Shown: piece by piece, positions 39,743 to 49,097 of the stretch
How positions within the stretch are numbered: the first letter of the stretch is position 1
Layout: each line of letters opens with the position of its first letter
Source of the DNA: an uncultured Eubacteriaceae bacterium
Lineage (GTDB): Bacteria; Bacillota; Clostridia; Peptostreptococcales; Anaerovoracaceae
Reading direction: 5' to 3'
Length of the DNA: 64,000 nucleotides
Assembly (NCBI GenBank): GCA_903789635.1
Contig: CAIFEY010000012.1
Span: 138 to 64,137, forward strand
Program-made: the position numbers and the translations under genes
The notes under the pieces: model-generated
The model's input: only the letters and a program-made list of their open reading frames with translations
Database searches by the model: none
What the model was told of the DNA's origin: nothing

Positions 39743-41080
39743 CTACCTCTTATTCGACTTCTTCCAGATGCCCTGCTTCTCCGCCGCCGCGATCAGCTCG
39801 TCCCTGACCGCTGGGTGGGCGATGTTGATCAGGCCTTCGGTGCGCTGCCAGGTCGTGCGGCCGATCAGGCCGGCGACGCCGTACTCGGTGACGACGTTCT
39901 GCGCCTGGGTGCGCGGGGTCGTGATGATGTCGCCGCTGAACAGAGGCTTGATGTTGGAGTGGAGGCCGCCCTTCTTGTCGGTGAAGGTGGAGTGCATGGT
40001 CAGGAAGGAGCCGCCGCCCTCCGAGCGGTAGGCGCCGGTGACAAAGTCCAGCTGGCCGCCGGTTCCGCTGATCTGGCGGGTGCCCGCGGACTCGGAGCAG
40101 ACCTGGCCGTAGAGGTCCACGGCGATGCAGCCGTTGATTGAGACGAAGTCGTCCATGCTCGCGATCGTCTCCGGCTTGTTGACGTAGTACATCGGCGCGC
40201 TGACGATGTCGATGTTGTGGTCGAGGAAGTCGTACAGCTCGCGCGTGCCGGTGCAGGTCGAGAAGACGCCCTTGCCGCGGTGAAGCTTTTTGTTCTTGTT
40301 CGTGATCTTGCCGGCCTTGTAGAGGTCGAGGTAGCCGTCGCTCATCAGCTCGGTGTGCATGCCGAGGTCCTTCAGGTCGGACTCGGCGATCAGGGAGCCC
40401 AGTGCGTTCGGGGTACCGCCGATGCCGAGCTGCAGAGTCATGCCATCATGTAAGTATGGGAAGAGATTTTCGGCTATTTTTTTGTCTGTGTCGGAGGCCG
40501 TAGGCTTAGGGAGCGTTCCGACCGGGGTATCGCCGCGGACGACCATGTCGACGTCGCGGATGTTGATGTGGTCGGTCTCCATGCCGTAGATGAACGGCAT
40601 TGTGTCGTTCTCCTCGACGATCAGGATGTCCGCCGCGTCGACGATCGCCTGGGTCACGCAGTTGCTGAGGCCGTAGCTGAAGTTGCCGTACTCGTCCATC
40701 TTGGACATCGTCAGCATCGCGACGTTGACCGGTGCGTATCCCTTATAGTAGTAGGAGCCGCAGTCGCGGAACAGCATCGGCTGGAAGAACGCCCTGCCCT
40801 GCGCCATGTATTTGCGGTCGATGCCCGAACAGTGGAAAAGGTTGAGCGTAAAGGACTTTCCCTCCGGATCCTCCTCGATCGCCCTGACCTCGCGGATCGT
40901 GATGCCGCTCCTGATGTTGACGTCCTTCAGCTCGCCCACGCGCTTCGCGAGCGCCTCGTCCAGCGCCGTCGGGAAAGAGACCGCCTGGCCGTAGTCGACC
41001 CAGTCCCCGTCCTTGACGCACTTCACCGCTTCATCCGCGGTCACCAGCTTCCTGTTGTATTCCTCGTTGATGTTCGTCAT
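39743..41080 (-). CDS. Acetyl-CoA hydrolase/transferase family protein (butyryl-CoA:acetate CoA-transferase-like)
   Basis: 445 aa. The N-terminus EEYNRKLVTADEAVKCVKDGDWVDYG and overall length resemble the Roseburia-type But / 4-hydroxybutyrate CoA-transferase family. Confidence 0.85.
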   Translation of the reverse strand: MTNINEEYNRKLVTADEAVKCVKDGDWVDYGQAVSFPTALDEALAKRVGELKDVNIRSGITIREVRAIEEDPEGKSFTLNLFHCSGIDRKYMAQGRAFFQPMLFRDCGSYYYKGYAPVNVAMLTMSKMDEYGNFSYGLSNCVTQAIVDAADILIVEENDTMPFIYGMETDHINIRDVDMVVRGDTPVGTLPKPTASDTDKKIAENLFPYLHDGMTLQLGIGGTPNALGSLIAESDLKDLGMHTELMSDGYLDLYKAGKITNKNKKLHRGKGVFSTCTGTRELYDFLDHNIDIVSAPMYYVNKPETIASMDDFVSINGCIAVDLYGQVCSESAGTRQISGTGGQLDFVTGAYRSEGGGSFLTMHSTFTDKKGGLHSNIKPLFSGDIITTPRTQAQNVVTEYGVAGLIGRTTWQRTEGLINIAHPAVRDELIAAAEKQGIWKKSNKR

Positions 41081-41502
41081 CGATATTCTTCTCCTTCTTC
41101 ACGTTTTCGCCGCCCTGATGACCGTTTTCGGCCGCCAGAAGCGGTTTCCCTCACTCAATTCCTTCTATTGGTTCTTCCCCCGCTCGCGCGGGAGGGTTTG
41201 TTGATATTTTTTCGGACAAAATCAGAAGTCCAAGCGAACCAGTCCCGCCCTGCCGGCCGAACTCGATTTCACGCCGCGCCTGGCTGCCCGCAGTCCATTC
41301 TGCGCAGCGCCGCCGATCATTTCCAGAACGAAGATGATGCAGCGCGCCGGTGGTTTACCGACGCGCGGCGCAGCGCCCATGCCCTGTCCAGCCGCGTGCG
41401 GACCGTCCGAAAACGGGCCTCTGCAGCCCACCGTTTCCAGTCTACCACAAACCGGATGGCCTGTACGCCCCCGCTTGAATGTATACAAGCACGGCAGGCC
41501 GT

Positions 41503-41665
41503 GACCGGCCGCGGCCCGCAATTTCCTGTACTTACCACGCAGCCCGCCGCGGGGGTCATTTCCGGATATTTCAAGCCGTGGCCGCGCGGTCAGCCTGCCG
41601 ATCACGAGTCGACGGGACCGGCCGCGGCCCGCAACTTTCTGTCCTTACCGTGCAGTCCGCCGCGG
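41503..41665. repeat. Direct repeat pair (about 50 bp, 113-bp period) in the CoA-transferase upstream region
   Basis: gaccggccgcggcccgcaatttcctgtacttaccacgcagcccgccgcgg (41503-41553) versus gaccggccgcggcccgcaactttctgtccttaccgtgcagtccgccgcgg (41616-41665). Confidence 0.8.
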
Positions 41666-41705
41666 CGGTTGGTTTTCCGTTATTCCCGGCCTCGCCCGCG
41701 CGGAG

Positions 41706-42614
41706 TTACCTCCTCCGCTTCTGTACGATTTCGGCGCCGTCCGGGTTTTGGCGGCAGGGGTGGACGGCGTAGCCGGCGCCCTTCAGCGTCGAAACCTGCC
41801 CGCGCATGTGGGCGAGCGCGCCGGCCTGCATGGACAGCGGGTAGCGGGAAATGACGCGCTCGATCGCGATCAGGTTCCCGCCCCTGGCCGTCCGGCCGCA
41901 GAGCTTCCTGACGTAGGGCAGGAACAGCCTGCGCTTCTCCTCCGCCTTGGTGACGAACGGGGAGCACGCGAGCCCGCTCAGGCGGCGGCTCTCGAGGTTT
42001 TCCTGCAGCGTCCTGGAGGTGAAGACGGTGTCGTAGGTGCCGGGGGTTTTCTTTGGCGCGTGCGCGGTGCCGGCGGCGCGGTTTCCTCCGGCGGTGCGGT
42101 CTTCACGGGCGACGTCCTTGACCGCGGTCTTGACGGCCCTTTTCCACTGATTGACGTCCAGGAAGCGGGCGTTCTCGATGCCGAGCTGAATCCTAAGCTC
42201 CTCGGCGAGGCGGATCGACTCCGGGCAGACATCGATCGCGGTGATCTGCTTGCCTGGGAAGGTCTTTGCCATAAAGAGGGACAAGAGGCCGACGTCGCAG
42301 CCCTGGTCCAGGATAGTCTCGCCGAAGGACTCGGGGTGCGCGGCGATCCAGTCGCAGGTGCGGACAAGCAGATCGCCCTCGTAGCCGATCGAGATCGCGA
42401 GGCTGCGCCGCAGATTGGCGTTCTTCATCCGATAGAACGAGCGGTGGTCGATGGCGGAAGCGCCGCGCTTTTGGTCGGCGCGGGAATCCAGCGCCCGCAT
42501 GACCTCCCGCGCCTCGGCGTCGCCTAACTCGCCCGCCAGGATGCGGCGGAAGTCCTGCTCGTCCTCCGCGATCGCGTAACCGAATGATGTGATAAAGTCT
42601 TTTCCAGCTCCCAT
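41706..42614 (-). CDS. Class I SAM-dependent methyltransferase (substrate unknown)
   Basis: SAM motif I ILDQGCDVGLLSL and the acidic post-I residue in ITAIDVCPES. Start set to MGAGKDF (AGAGGA upstream). Confidence 0.8.
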   Translation of the reverse strand: MGAGKDFITSFGYAIAEDEQDFRRILAGELGDAEAREVMRALDSRADQKRGASAIDHRSFYRMKNANLRRSLAISIGYEGDLLVRTCDWIAAHPESFGETILDQGCDVGLLSLFMAKTFPGKQITAIDVCPESIRLAEELRIQLGIENARFLDVNQWKRAVKTAVKDVAREDRTAGGNRAAGTAHAPKKTPGTYDTVFTSRTLQENLESRRLSGLACSPFVTKAEEKRRLFLPYVRKLCGRTARGGNLIAIERVISRYPLSMQAGALAHMRGQVSTLKGAGYAVHPCRQNPDGAEIVQKRRR

Positions 42615-42740
42615 AAAATCCTCTGTATAATAATAATAAATAAATAATAAAATAAGCGGACGCGCGGAATCACTGGGATCCCGCGGCGTCCGCCAGGCTA
42701 AATTTCTGACATGCTTCCGGGCATCCGCCAAACGCTGCGA

Positions 42741-43475
42741 TCAAACGATAATCGTGCTTGAGATCAGGTTCAGGACGGCGTTCACGACCGGGTTCAGGAC
42801 GAAGCTGACGCCGTTGAAGATCAGGAGGATCATCAAGATCCAGAATCCGTTCCGGTAGAGCGGCTCGTACCAGCTGTACTTCCTCAGGTTGAAGATCTCG
42901 GTGACGATGCCGAATCCGTCGAGCGGCGGGATCGGCAGCAGGTTGAACGCCATCAGGCTCACGTTGATCACGACGACGTAGCGGAAGATGTCCAGCAGGA
43001 TCTGCGCCATCGTCACGCCGGCGCCCGCGGTCGTCAGCACGATCCCGGAGTGGATCATCAGCCGCATGAAGAACGCGAACAGGCAGGCCAGCAGCAGGTT
43101 CATGACGACGCCGGCGATGCTGACGAGGAACTCATCCCTCCTGCGGTGCTTGTAGTACCTCGGGTCGATGATGACCGGGATGCCCCAGCCGAATCCGACC
43201 AGGATCAGGCAGAGAAAGCCGAACCAGTCGGTGTGGGCGAGCGGGTTCAGCGTCAGCCTCCCCTGCGCGCGCGGCGTCGGGTCGCCCAGGCGGTCGCTCA
43301 TCCAGGCGTGCGCGAACTCGTGAAAGGACAGACCGATCACGATGCCCGGCAGCGTCAAAATTTCCTCGAGGAGCCAGGTCCTCGCGTCGCTGAATCCCCT
43401 GTCGAGCATGCGCATGATGAGCAGCCCCGCTACGAGGATGACGACGAGCAGTACGTTGCGGTTTCTTAAATTCAC
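42741..43475 (-). CDS. Site-2 protease (peptidase M50) family membrane metalloprotease
   Basis: 244 aa and polytopic. HExxH is present as HEFAHAW, with a later LLPIPPLDG (NxxPxxxLDG-like) motif. Confidence 0.88.
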   Translation of the reverse strand: MNLRNRNVLLVVILVAGLLIMRMLDRGFSDARTWLLEEILTLPGIVIGLSFHEFAHAWMSDRLGDPTPRAQGRLTLNPLAHTDWFGFLCLILVGFGWGIPVIIDPRYYKHRRRDEFLVSIAGVVMNLLLACLFAFFMRLMIHSGIVLTTAGAGVTMAQILLDIFRYVVVINVSLMAFNLLPIPPLDGFGIVTEIFNLRKYSWYEPLYRNGFWILMILLIFNGVSFVLNPVVNAVLNLISSTIIV

Positions 43476-43607
43476 GGTGGTTATTCCCCTCCTGTTTCTT
43501 TACGGTAACTTCTGCGTCCCACGGCAAAATTCGATGCATCAGCGCACGAACCCGTCTGCCGGCGAGTGGACGGTCCCGGCCTGACTTTGTCTGCCGGCAG
43601 GCGGACT

Positions 43608-44327
43608 CTAGTAGATAAATCCCCTGTCCGGCTCGCTGTACTCGGCCAGGCGCTCCTCGTAGGCCTCCATCGCCGCCTTCTCGTAGGCCGGGTGGATGTC
43701 CTTTCCGCCCGCCTCTTCCAGCACGCGGACCATGAACTTAGGGTTCAGGACGAAGATCGGTCCGATGATGTACGTCGCCATGAAATTCTTATAGTGGATG
43801 CCCTCCTCCATGACGTCCGGGTTCAGTCCGCAGCCTCTGACCGTCTGGAACAGCGGCTCGAACTTGCCGTCCGCGTAGCTGTGCGTGAACTGGCTCTTGT
43901 ATCCCACGATGCTGATGTCCTCGTACTTTCCGATGTACAGGGAATTGTAGCGGTGCATCAGGTCGCGCTCCGTGTGGAACGGCAGGATGTCCAGGAACTC
44001 AGTGTCGCCGGTCTCAACGTCGTGCACGCGGGTGCCGAAGATCTCGAGCGCGTTTCCGGTGATCAGCATGCGCTGGCCGCGCTCAATTGCCTGTTTCAGC
44101 TCCGGCAGGAACTCCTTCATCACGTCGCGGACGACGATCTGCGCGCTCTCGGTCATCGTGCCCATGTAGACCAGGTCGATGTGACTGTCCTCATCCAGGA
44201 AGCGCGGGCGCTCGTTCAGCGCCGTCTCGATGATCTCCGCGTCCGGCACGGACAGCTGCAGGTACTTGATGTTTCCGAGCTCACCGTAGAGGTTCGCGAC
44301 TTCCGGGTATAATACTTCGATCTTCAT
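43608..44327 (-). CDS. gatD: GatD-like protein (CobB/CobQ-type glutamine amidotransferase fold), catalytic residues substituted
   Basis: 239 aa. Family hallmarks are LYPEVANLYGELGNI and EGIHYKNFMATYIIGP. The start overlaps the murT stop (TAATG). The expected nucleophile Cys and the His are not conserved (see findings). Confidence 0.8.
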   Translation of the reverse strand: MKIEVLYPEVANLYGELGNIKYLQLSVPDAEIIETALNERPRFLDEDSHIDLVYMGTMTESAQIVVRDVMKEFLPELKQAIERGQRMLITGNALEIFGTRVHDVETGDTEFLDILPFHTERDLMHRYNSLYIGKYEDISIVGYKSQFTHSYADGKFEPLFQTVRGCGLNPDVMEEGIHYKNFMATYIIGPIFVLNPKFMVRVLEEAGGKDIHPAYEKAAMEAYEERLAEYSEPDRGFIY

Positions 44328-45748
44328 TACGCTTCCTCCTCATTATTCTCGTCGTTCACGCTGGAAATGCCGTGTGCGTCGTTGTAGGCGCGGACGGCGG
44401 CTTCCGCTTCTCTGGTCGTCTTCATGCCCAAATTGAAGGAGTCGGTTCCATAGAAAACGTAAATATTATCGTTCGGGATCATTTTCAGCTTCGATACGCC
44501 GTCCGCCGCGTCCTTCACGAACGTGATGCGGTCCTCCGGCACGCCGGCGATCAGCATGCGCAGCTTGTAGTCAAGGCCGCGGTCCCCGTAGACGATGATC
44601 TGCTTGATCTTGTCATCCGCGAGGAACTCGAAGTCGCAGTCGTACATCCAGCAGGTGTTCTCCGACCAGTGGTGGGTGTCGCCGATGCAGTTGTTGAAGA
44701 GCAGGATTTCCTTGTCTCCCGGCTGCTCGCCGACGTACTCGAACACGCGGGATGCCGCGTACGCGTTCTTCTCCTTGCAGAGGATGTTTCTGATCGCCTT
44801 GTCGCCGATCCGGTGGACGCCGAAGCGGGAAGCGGTGATCTGCGTCTTCTCCATCGCGGACTTGATTTCAGAAAGAGAATAGCCCATCTGCTGCAGCATC
44901 GTGATCGCGGAGACCTGGTTGTAGATGTTGAACGTGCTCGGGTTCAGCAGGGCGAACTCGGCCTTCTCGCCGCCGCCCTCGTACTCCATCGTCATGTTCT
45001 TTACATCGACGTTTCTCGCAACGCAGTCGTACTCCGGCGACTTAAAATCGCAGTTCGGACAGTACGCCTTTCCGATGTTGCTGTAGCGGATGTACTTGTA
45101 TTTCAGCTTGGTGTGGCACTTAGGGCAGATCTGCATGTCGTTGATCAGGTTCCTGCACTCGGTGAAGTCGCCCGGCATCTGATCGATTCCGTAGTACACG
45201 CGCGGGTTCTTCTCGGAAACCGACGACGCGATCAGGTCGTCCGCGTTCAGCACGAGTTTGGTCTTCTCCAGCATGTAGCGCTCCAGGATGTACTTGATGT
45301 ACTCCGGGTGGCCGTTTCTCATGATGGAGTCCCTCGACAGGTTGCTGATCAGCATCAGGTCCGGCTGCACGTACGGAAAGAGCACCCTCGCCGAACGCTC
45401 GTCGATCTCGAGGACGGCCGTGTCGTACTTCTCGCGCCCGAACAGGCTCACGCCGCTGATCAGGCACGTCGCGATACCGGTGTTGATGTTCGAGCCCATG
45501 CCGTTGTTCAGCACCTTGCGCCCGAGTTTAGACAAAAGGTCATTCAGCAGGTTGGAAACGGTGGTCTTGCCGTTCGTCCCGGTGACGCCGATGATAGTCT
45601 CAGGCTTATGGATATATTTCAGGAAATCCGGGCAGATGCGCAGCGCGACGATGCCCGGGAAGTTCGTCCCGTTGTGTTTGGTGACCTTCAGCGCGAGTAC
45701 CGACATCTTGGCCGCGAGCAGCGCGATGCCGTATCTAAACTTTCCCAT
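44327..45748 (-). CDS. murT: MurT (Mur ligase family, lipid II isoglutaminyl synthase ligase subunit)
   Basis: GVTGTNGKTT (P-loop), the Cys4 ribbon CPKC...CPNC, and a DUF1727-like C-terminus. Start at MGKFRYG, with GGGGGA upstream. This start avoids overlap with miaB. Confidence 0.88.
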   Translation of the reverse strand: MGKFRYGIALLAAKMSVLALKVTKHNGTNFPGIVALRICPDFLKYIHKPETIIGVTGTNGKTTVSNLLNDLLSKLGRKVLNNGMGSNINTGIATCLISGVSLFGREKYDTAVLEIDERSARVLFPYVQPDLMLISNLSRDSIMRNGHPEYIKYILERYMLEKTKLVLNADDLIASSVSEKNPRVYYGIDQMPGDFTECRNLINDMQICPKCHTKLKYKYIRYSNIGKAYCPNCDFKSPEYDCVARNVDVKNMTMEYEGGGEKAEFALLNPSTFNIYNQVSAITMLQQMGYSLSEIKSAMEKTQITASRFGVHRIGDKAIRNILCKEKNAYAASRVFEYVGEQPGDKEILLFNNCIGDTHHWSENTCWMYDCDFEFLADDKIKQIIVYGDRGLDYKLRMLIAGVPEDRITFVKDAADGVSKLKMIPNDNIYVFYGTDSFNLGMKTTREAEAAVRAYNDAHGISSVNDENNEEEA

Positions 45749-45767
45749 TTCTCTCAGTCCCCCTGTC

Positions 45768-47252
45768 TTAATGAATCTCTCGGTCATCCAACACGGCAGT
45801 CAGTCTTCCTTCCAGGCTGAACGTCTTTCCCTGGGTGATCTCTACCTTGGCAAATTTTCCCGTCCACTCCTCAGCGAGCGAGCTGACGGACCGTCCGCCC
45901 CTCCTGATGGATTCCGGAAGGTCCTCCGGCAGGACGGAGAAGTTGACGAGCTTGTAGCCGTCCGTGCGTCCGCACAGGGCCTGCGTGTTCCGCTTGCTCT
46001 TTCCCTCGATCATGATCGTCTGGACGGTGCCCTCGTACGCCTTGTTCTTCTCGGCGCTGCACTCGTTCACGAGGTCGACCAGGCGGTTGAACCGCTCGTG
46101 CTTGGTCTCCTCCGGGACCTGGTCCTCGTAGGTCGCGGCCGACGTGCCCTTCCGGATGGAATACAAGAAGGTGAACGCGGAGTCGTAGCGGACCCTCCGG
46201 ACGACGTCCAGCGTGTCCTGGAAGTCCTCCTCGGTCTCGCCCGGGAAGCCGACGATGATGTCGGTCGACATCGTGATCTCCGGGACCGCCTCGCGCAGCT
46301 TGTCGACCAAGCCGAGGTACTTCTCCCTGTCGTAGTGGCGGTTCATCTTCTTCAGGATGCGGTCCGAGCCGGACTGCACCGGAAGGTGGATGTTCTTGCA
46401 TAGCTTGTCACAGGTCCTGAACGTGTCGATCAGCTCCGGCGACAGGTCCTTAGGGTGCGAGGTCATGAAGCGGATCCTCTCGATGCCGTCGATCTCAGCG
46501 ACCAGGCGGATCAGGTGGGAGAAGGTGCAGATGCCCTCGTTCTTCTCGGCCAGCTGCCTTCCCTCTTCCGTGGCCGGCTCCCAGACCGCGCGCTCCGCGG
46601 TTTCCGGCAGCTCGTATTCTCCCCTGTAGGAGTTTACATTTTGTCCGAGCAGCATGACCTCGCGGACGCCGTCATCGGCGAGACGCTGAATCTCCTTCAG
46701 GATCTCCTCCGGCTTGCGGCTGATCTCGCGGCCCCTGGTGTACGGGACGATGCAGTAGGTGCAGAAGTTGTTGCAGCCGAACGTGATGTTGACCAGCGCC
46801 TTCTCCTTATACAGCCTCTTCATCGGCAGGTGCTCCGGAACGCTTCTGTCCGCGCCGCCCTCCAGGATCTCCATCTCCTGGTCGTGATTCTGCATGACGC
46901 TGCGCAGAAGGTGCGGCAGCCTCTCGATGTTGTGCGTCCCGAAGATCAGGTCGACCCACGGGTATTTCTTCTGGATCTGGTCGATGACGCGCTGCTGCTG
47001 CATCATGCATCCGCACACGCATACGCGGAAGTCCGGATCGTTCATCCTGCGGCGCTTCAGCTGCCCGAGCGTCCCGAAGAACCTCTTGTCGGCATTGTCC
47101 CTGACGCTGCAGGTGTTGATGATGGCGATGTTGGCGTCCTTCCTCTCCTTGACCGGGGTCAGCCCCATGTCGCAGAGCAGGCCCGCCATGATCTCCGAAT
47201 CGTGTTCATTCATCTGACATCCGAATGTCGTGATGTGAAACGTTGTACTCAT
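45768..47252 (-). CDS. miaB: tRNA-i6A37 methylthiotransferase
   Basis: The N-terminus TFGCQMNEHDSE (UPF0004 cluster), the radical-SAM motif CNNFCTYC and a C-terminal TRAM domain. Confidence 0.93.
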   Translation of the reverse strand: MSTTFHITTFGCQMNEHDSEIMAGLLCDMGLTPVKERKDANIAIINTCSVRDNADKRFFGTLGQLKRRRMNDPDFRVCVCGCMMQQQRVIDQIQKKYPWVDLIFGTHNIERLPHLLRSVMQNHDQEMEILEGGADRSVPEHLPMKRLYKEKALVNITFGCNNFCTYCIVPYTRGREISRKPEEILKEIQRLADDGVREVMLLGQNVNSYRGEYELPETAERAVWEPATEEGRQLAEKNEGICTFSHLIRLVAEIDGIERIRFMTSHPKDLSPELIDTFRTCDKLCKNIHLPVQSGSDRILKKMNRHYDREKYLGLVDKLREAVPEITMSTDIIVGFPGETEEDFQDTLDVVRRVRYDSAFTFLYSIRKGTSAATYEDQVPEETKHERFNRLVDLVNECSAEKNKAYEGTVQTIMIEGKSKRNTQALCGRTDGYKLVNFSVLPEDLPESIRRGGRSVSSLAEEWTGKFAKVEITQGKTFSLEGRLTAVLDDREIH

Positions 47253-47385
47253 ATAACTTATACTTCTCCTTTTATCCGTCAGGCAGAAAATCTCCCGTCC
47301 TTCACACAGCGCCCTGCCGTTTCTCCGACAAAAAGAACCACTGCCCTCCAGACGACAATCTGCCGTCTATATGGCAAAAATCCGC

Positions 47386-48387
47386 CTAACGGAAGTTCAT
47401 CTCATTCTTTCTGTCTCTCGTCATCAGCATGTCGACCGCTTCCTTAGCGGTGATCTCCCCGCTGACGCAGGCGTTGATGCACTTGGTAATCGGCATCTCC
47501 ACGTGGTGGACGCGCGCGAGCTTGGCCGCGGCACCCGCGGTTGTGATTCCCTCGACGACCATACCGATCTGCTTCACGGCCTCGTCAGGCGCGACGCCCT
47601 GGCCGATCAAAATTCCGCACCTCCTGTTCCTGGAGTGCATGCTGGTGCAGGTGACGATCATGTCGCCCATGCCGGTCAGGCCGGCGAACGTCTCCTGGCG
47701 CGCGCTTATCTTCAGGCCCAGGCGGATCATCTCGGTGAGTCCCCTGGTCATCAGGGCGGCCTTGGCGTTGTCTCCGTAGCCGATACCGTCGCTGACGCCG
47801 GCTCCGAGCGCGATGATGTTCTTCAGCGCCCCGCCGAGCTCCACGCCGACCACGTCGTCGTTCGTGTAGACGCGGAAACGGTCGGTCATGAACAGGTCCT
47901 GGACGAACTCCGCGGCCTCCTGGTCCTTGGACGCGGCGACAACAGTCGTCGGCAGGAACCGGCAGACCTCCTCCGCGTGGGACGGCCCGGAGATCGCGAC
48001 GTACGGGAAGTCCGGGCGCAGGATGTGCGCGACCATGTGCAGCTGCAGCAGCGTGCCCTTCTCGATTCCCTTGGCGGCGTTGACGACGATCGTGCCGTCA
48101 TCCATGTACGGGATCGTCTCCTCGAACGCGGAGCGGAATCTCTGTGCAGGTGCGGCAAAGACGACGGCGCAGGCGCCTTCCACGGCGTCACCCCTGTCCA
48201 TCGTCAGATGAATATTCTCCTCCAGCTTGATGCCCGGCAGATATCTGCCGTTCTCGCCGGTCTTCTTCATGTCGTCGAGGTGCTTCTGACTGTGCACAAC
48301 CAGATGTACCTCATGGCCCTTGTGTGCCAGGGTCATCGCCAGGGCCGTGCCCCAGCTTCCAGCGCCGATTACAGCGACCTTACTCAT
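47386..48387 (-). CDS. gpsA: NAD(P)H-dependent glycerol-3-phosphate dehydrogenase
   Basis: 333 aa. Contains VAVIGAGSWGTALA and GALKNIIALGAG. Confidence 0.95.
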   Translation of the reverse strand: MSKVAVIGAGSWGTALAMTLAHKGHEVHLVVHSQKHLDDMKKTGENGRYLPGIKLEENIHLTMDRGDAVEGACAVVFAAPAQRFRSAFEETIPYMDDGTIVVNAAKGIEKGTLLQLHMVAHILRPDFPYVAISGPSHAEEVCRFLPTTVVAASKDQEAAEFVQDLFMTDRFRVYTNDDVVGVELGGALKNIIALGAGVSDGIGYGDNAKAALMTRGLTEMIRLGLKISARQETFAGLTGMGDMIVTCTSMHSRNRRCGILIGQGVAPDEAVKQIGMVVEGITTAGAAAKLARVHHVEMPITKCINACVSGEITAKEAVDMLMTRDRKNEMNFR

Positions 48388-48453
48388 GATTAACTCCTTT
48401 GATAAATAACTAATGATTGTATATTAATATATTTTCTTGTGATTCGTGTGTAT

Positions 48454-49095
48454 TTACTTGCGATCATCTTCGGCTTCGGCGGCCTCTTCCTTCTTCTTCT
48501 TAAGGTTGAAGCTGATCGGCTTCTCCTCGTGGTGGATCAGGCGGACGATGTTGGTCCTGTGGTTGAACAGGACCAGGAGCGCCATGACCAGGCCGATCCA
48601 GAAGAACTCGCGCAGCATGAACCAGCACAGGATCGGGCACGCGATCGCGACCACGACCGAACCGACGCTGACGCGCCTTGAAATCAGCACCGTCAAAACG
48701 ATGATCAGCAGCAGGGAGAGTCCCAGCTTGGGACTGAACGCCACGATCGCGCCGAACGCGACGGCGACGCCTTTGCCGCCCTTGAACTTATAGTAGATCG
48801 GCCAGCAGTGCCCCGCGAATGCCGCAGGGACGGCCGCCATCGCGCCGATGTGGCCGGCCAGAAGATACCCGATGCCGACCGAAACGGCGCCCTTTCCGAT
48901 ATCGATCACCATGGTCGCAAGCGCCGCCTTGAGGCCCAGCACGCGAAGTGTGTTGGTCGTTCCGGCGTTTCCGCTCCCGGCCTTCTTGATATTGATGCCG
49001 TGCTTCCTCGCAATCAGCGTGGACGGAGAAATACTGCCGAGCAAATAGGCGATGACGATGGATAAGACAAGCATCCCAATTTCATGACTGCTCAT
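48454..49095 (-). CDS. plsY: Glycerol-3-phosphate acyltransferase PlsY
   Basis: 213 aa membrane protein. Contains YLLGSISPS, GSGNAGTTN and FKGGKGVA. Confidence 0.94.
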   Translation of the reverse strand: MSSHEIGMLVLSIVIAYLLGSISPSTLIARKHGINIKKAGSGNAGTTNTLRVLGLKAALATMVIDIGKGAVSVGIGYLLAGHIGAMAAVPAAFAGHCWPIYYKFKGGKGVAVAFGAIVAFSPKLGLSLLLIIVLTVLISRRVSVGSVVVAIACPILCWFMLREFFWIGLVMALLVLFNHRTNIVRLIHHEEKPISFNLKKKKEEAAEAEDDRK

Positions 49096-49097
49096 TT

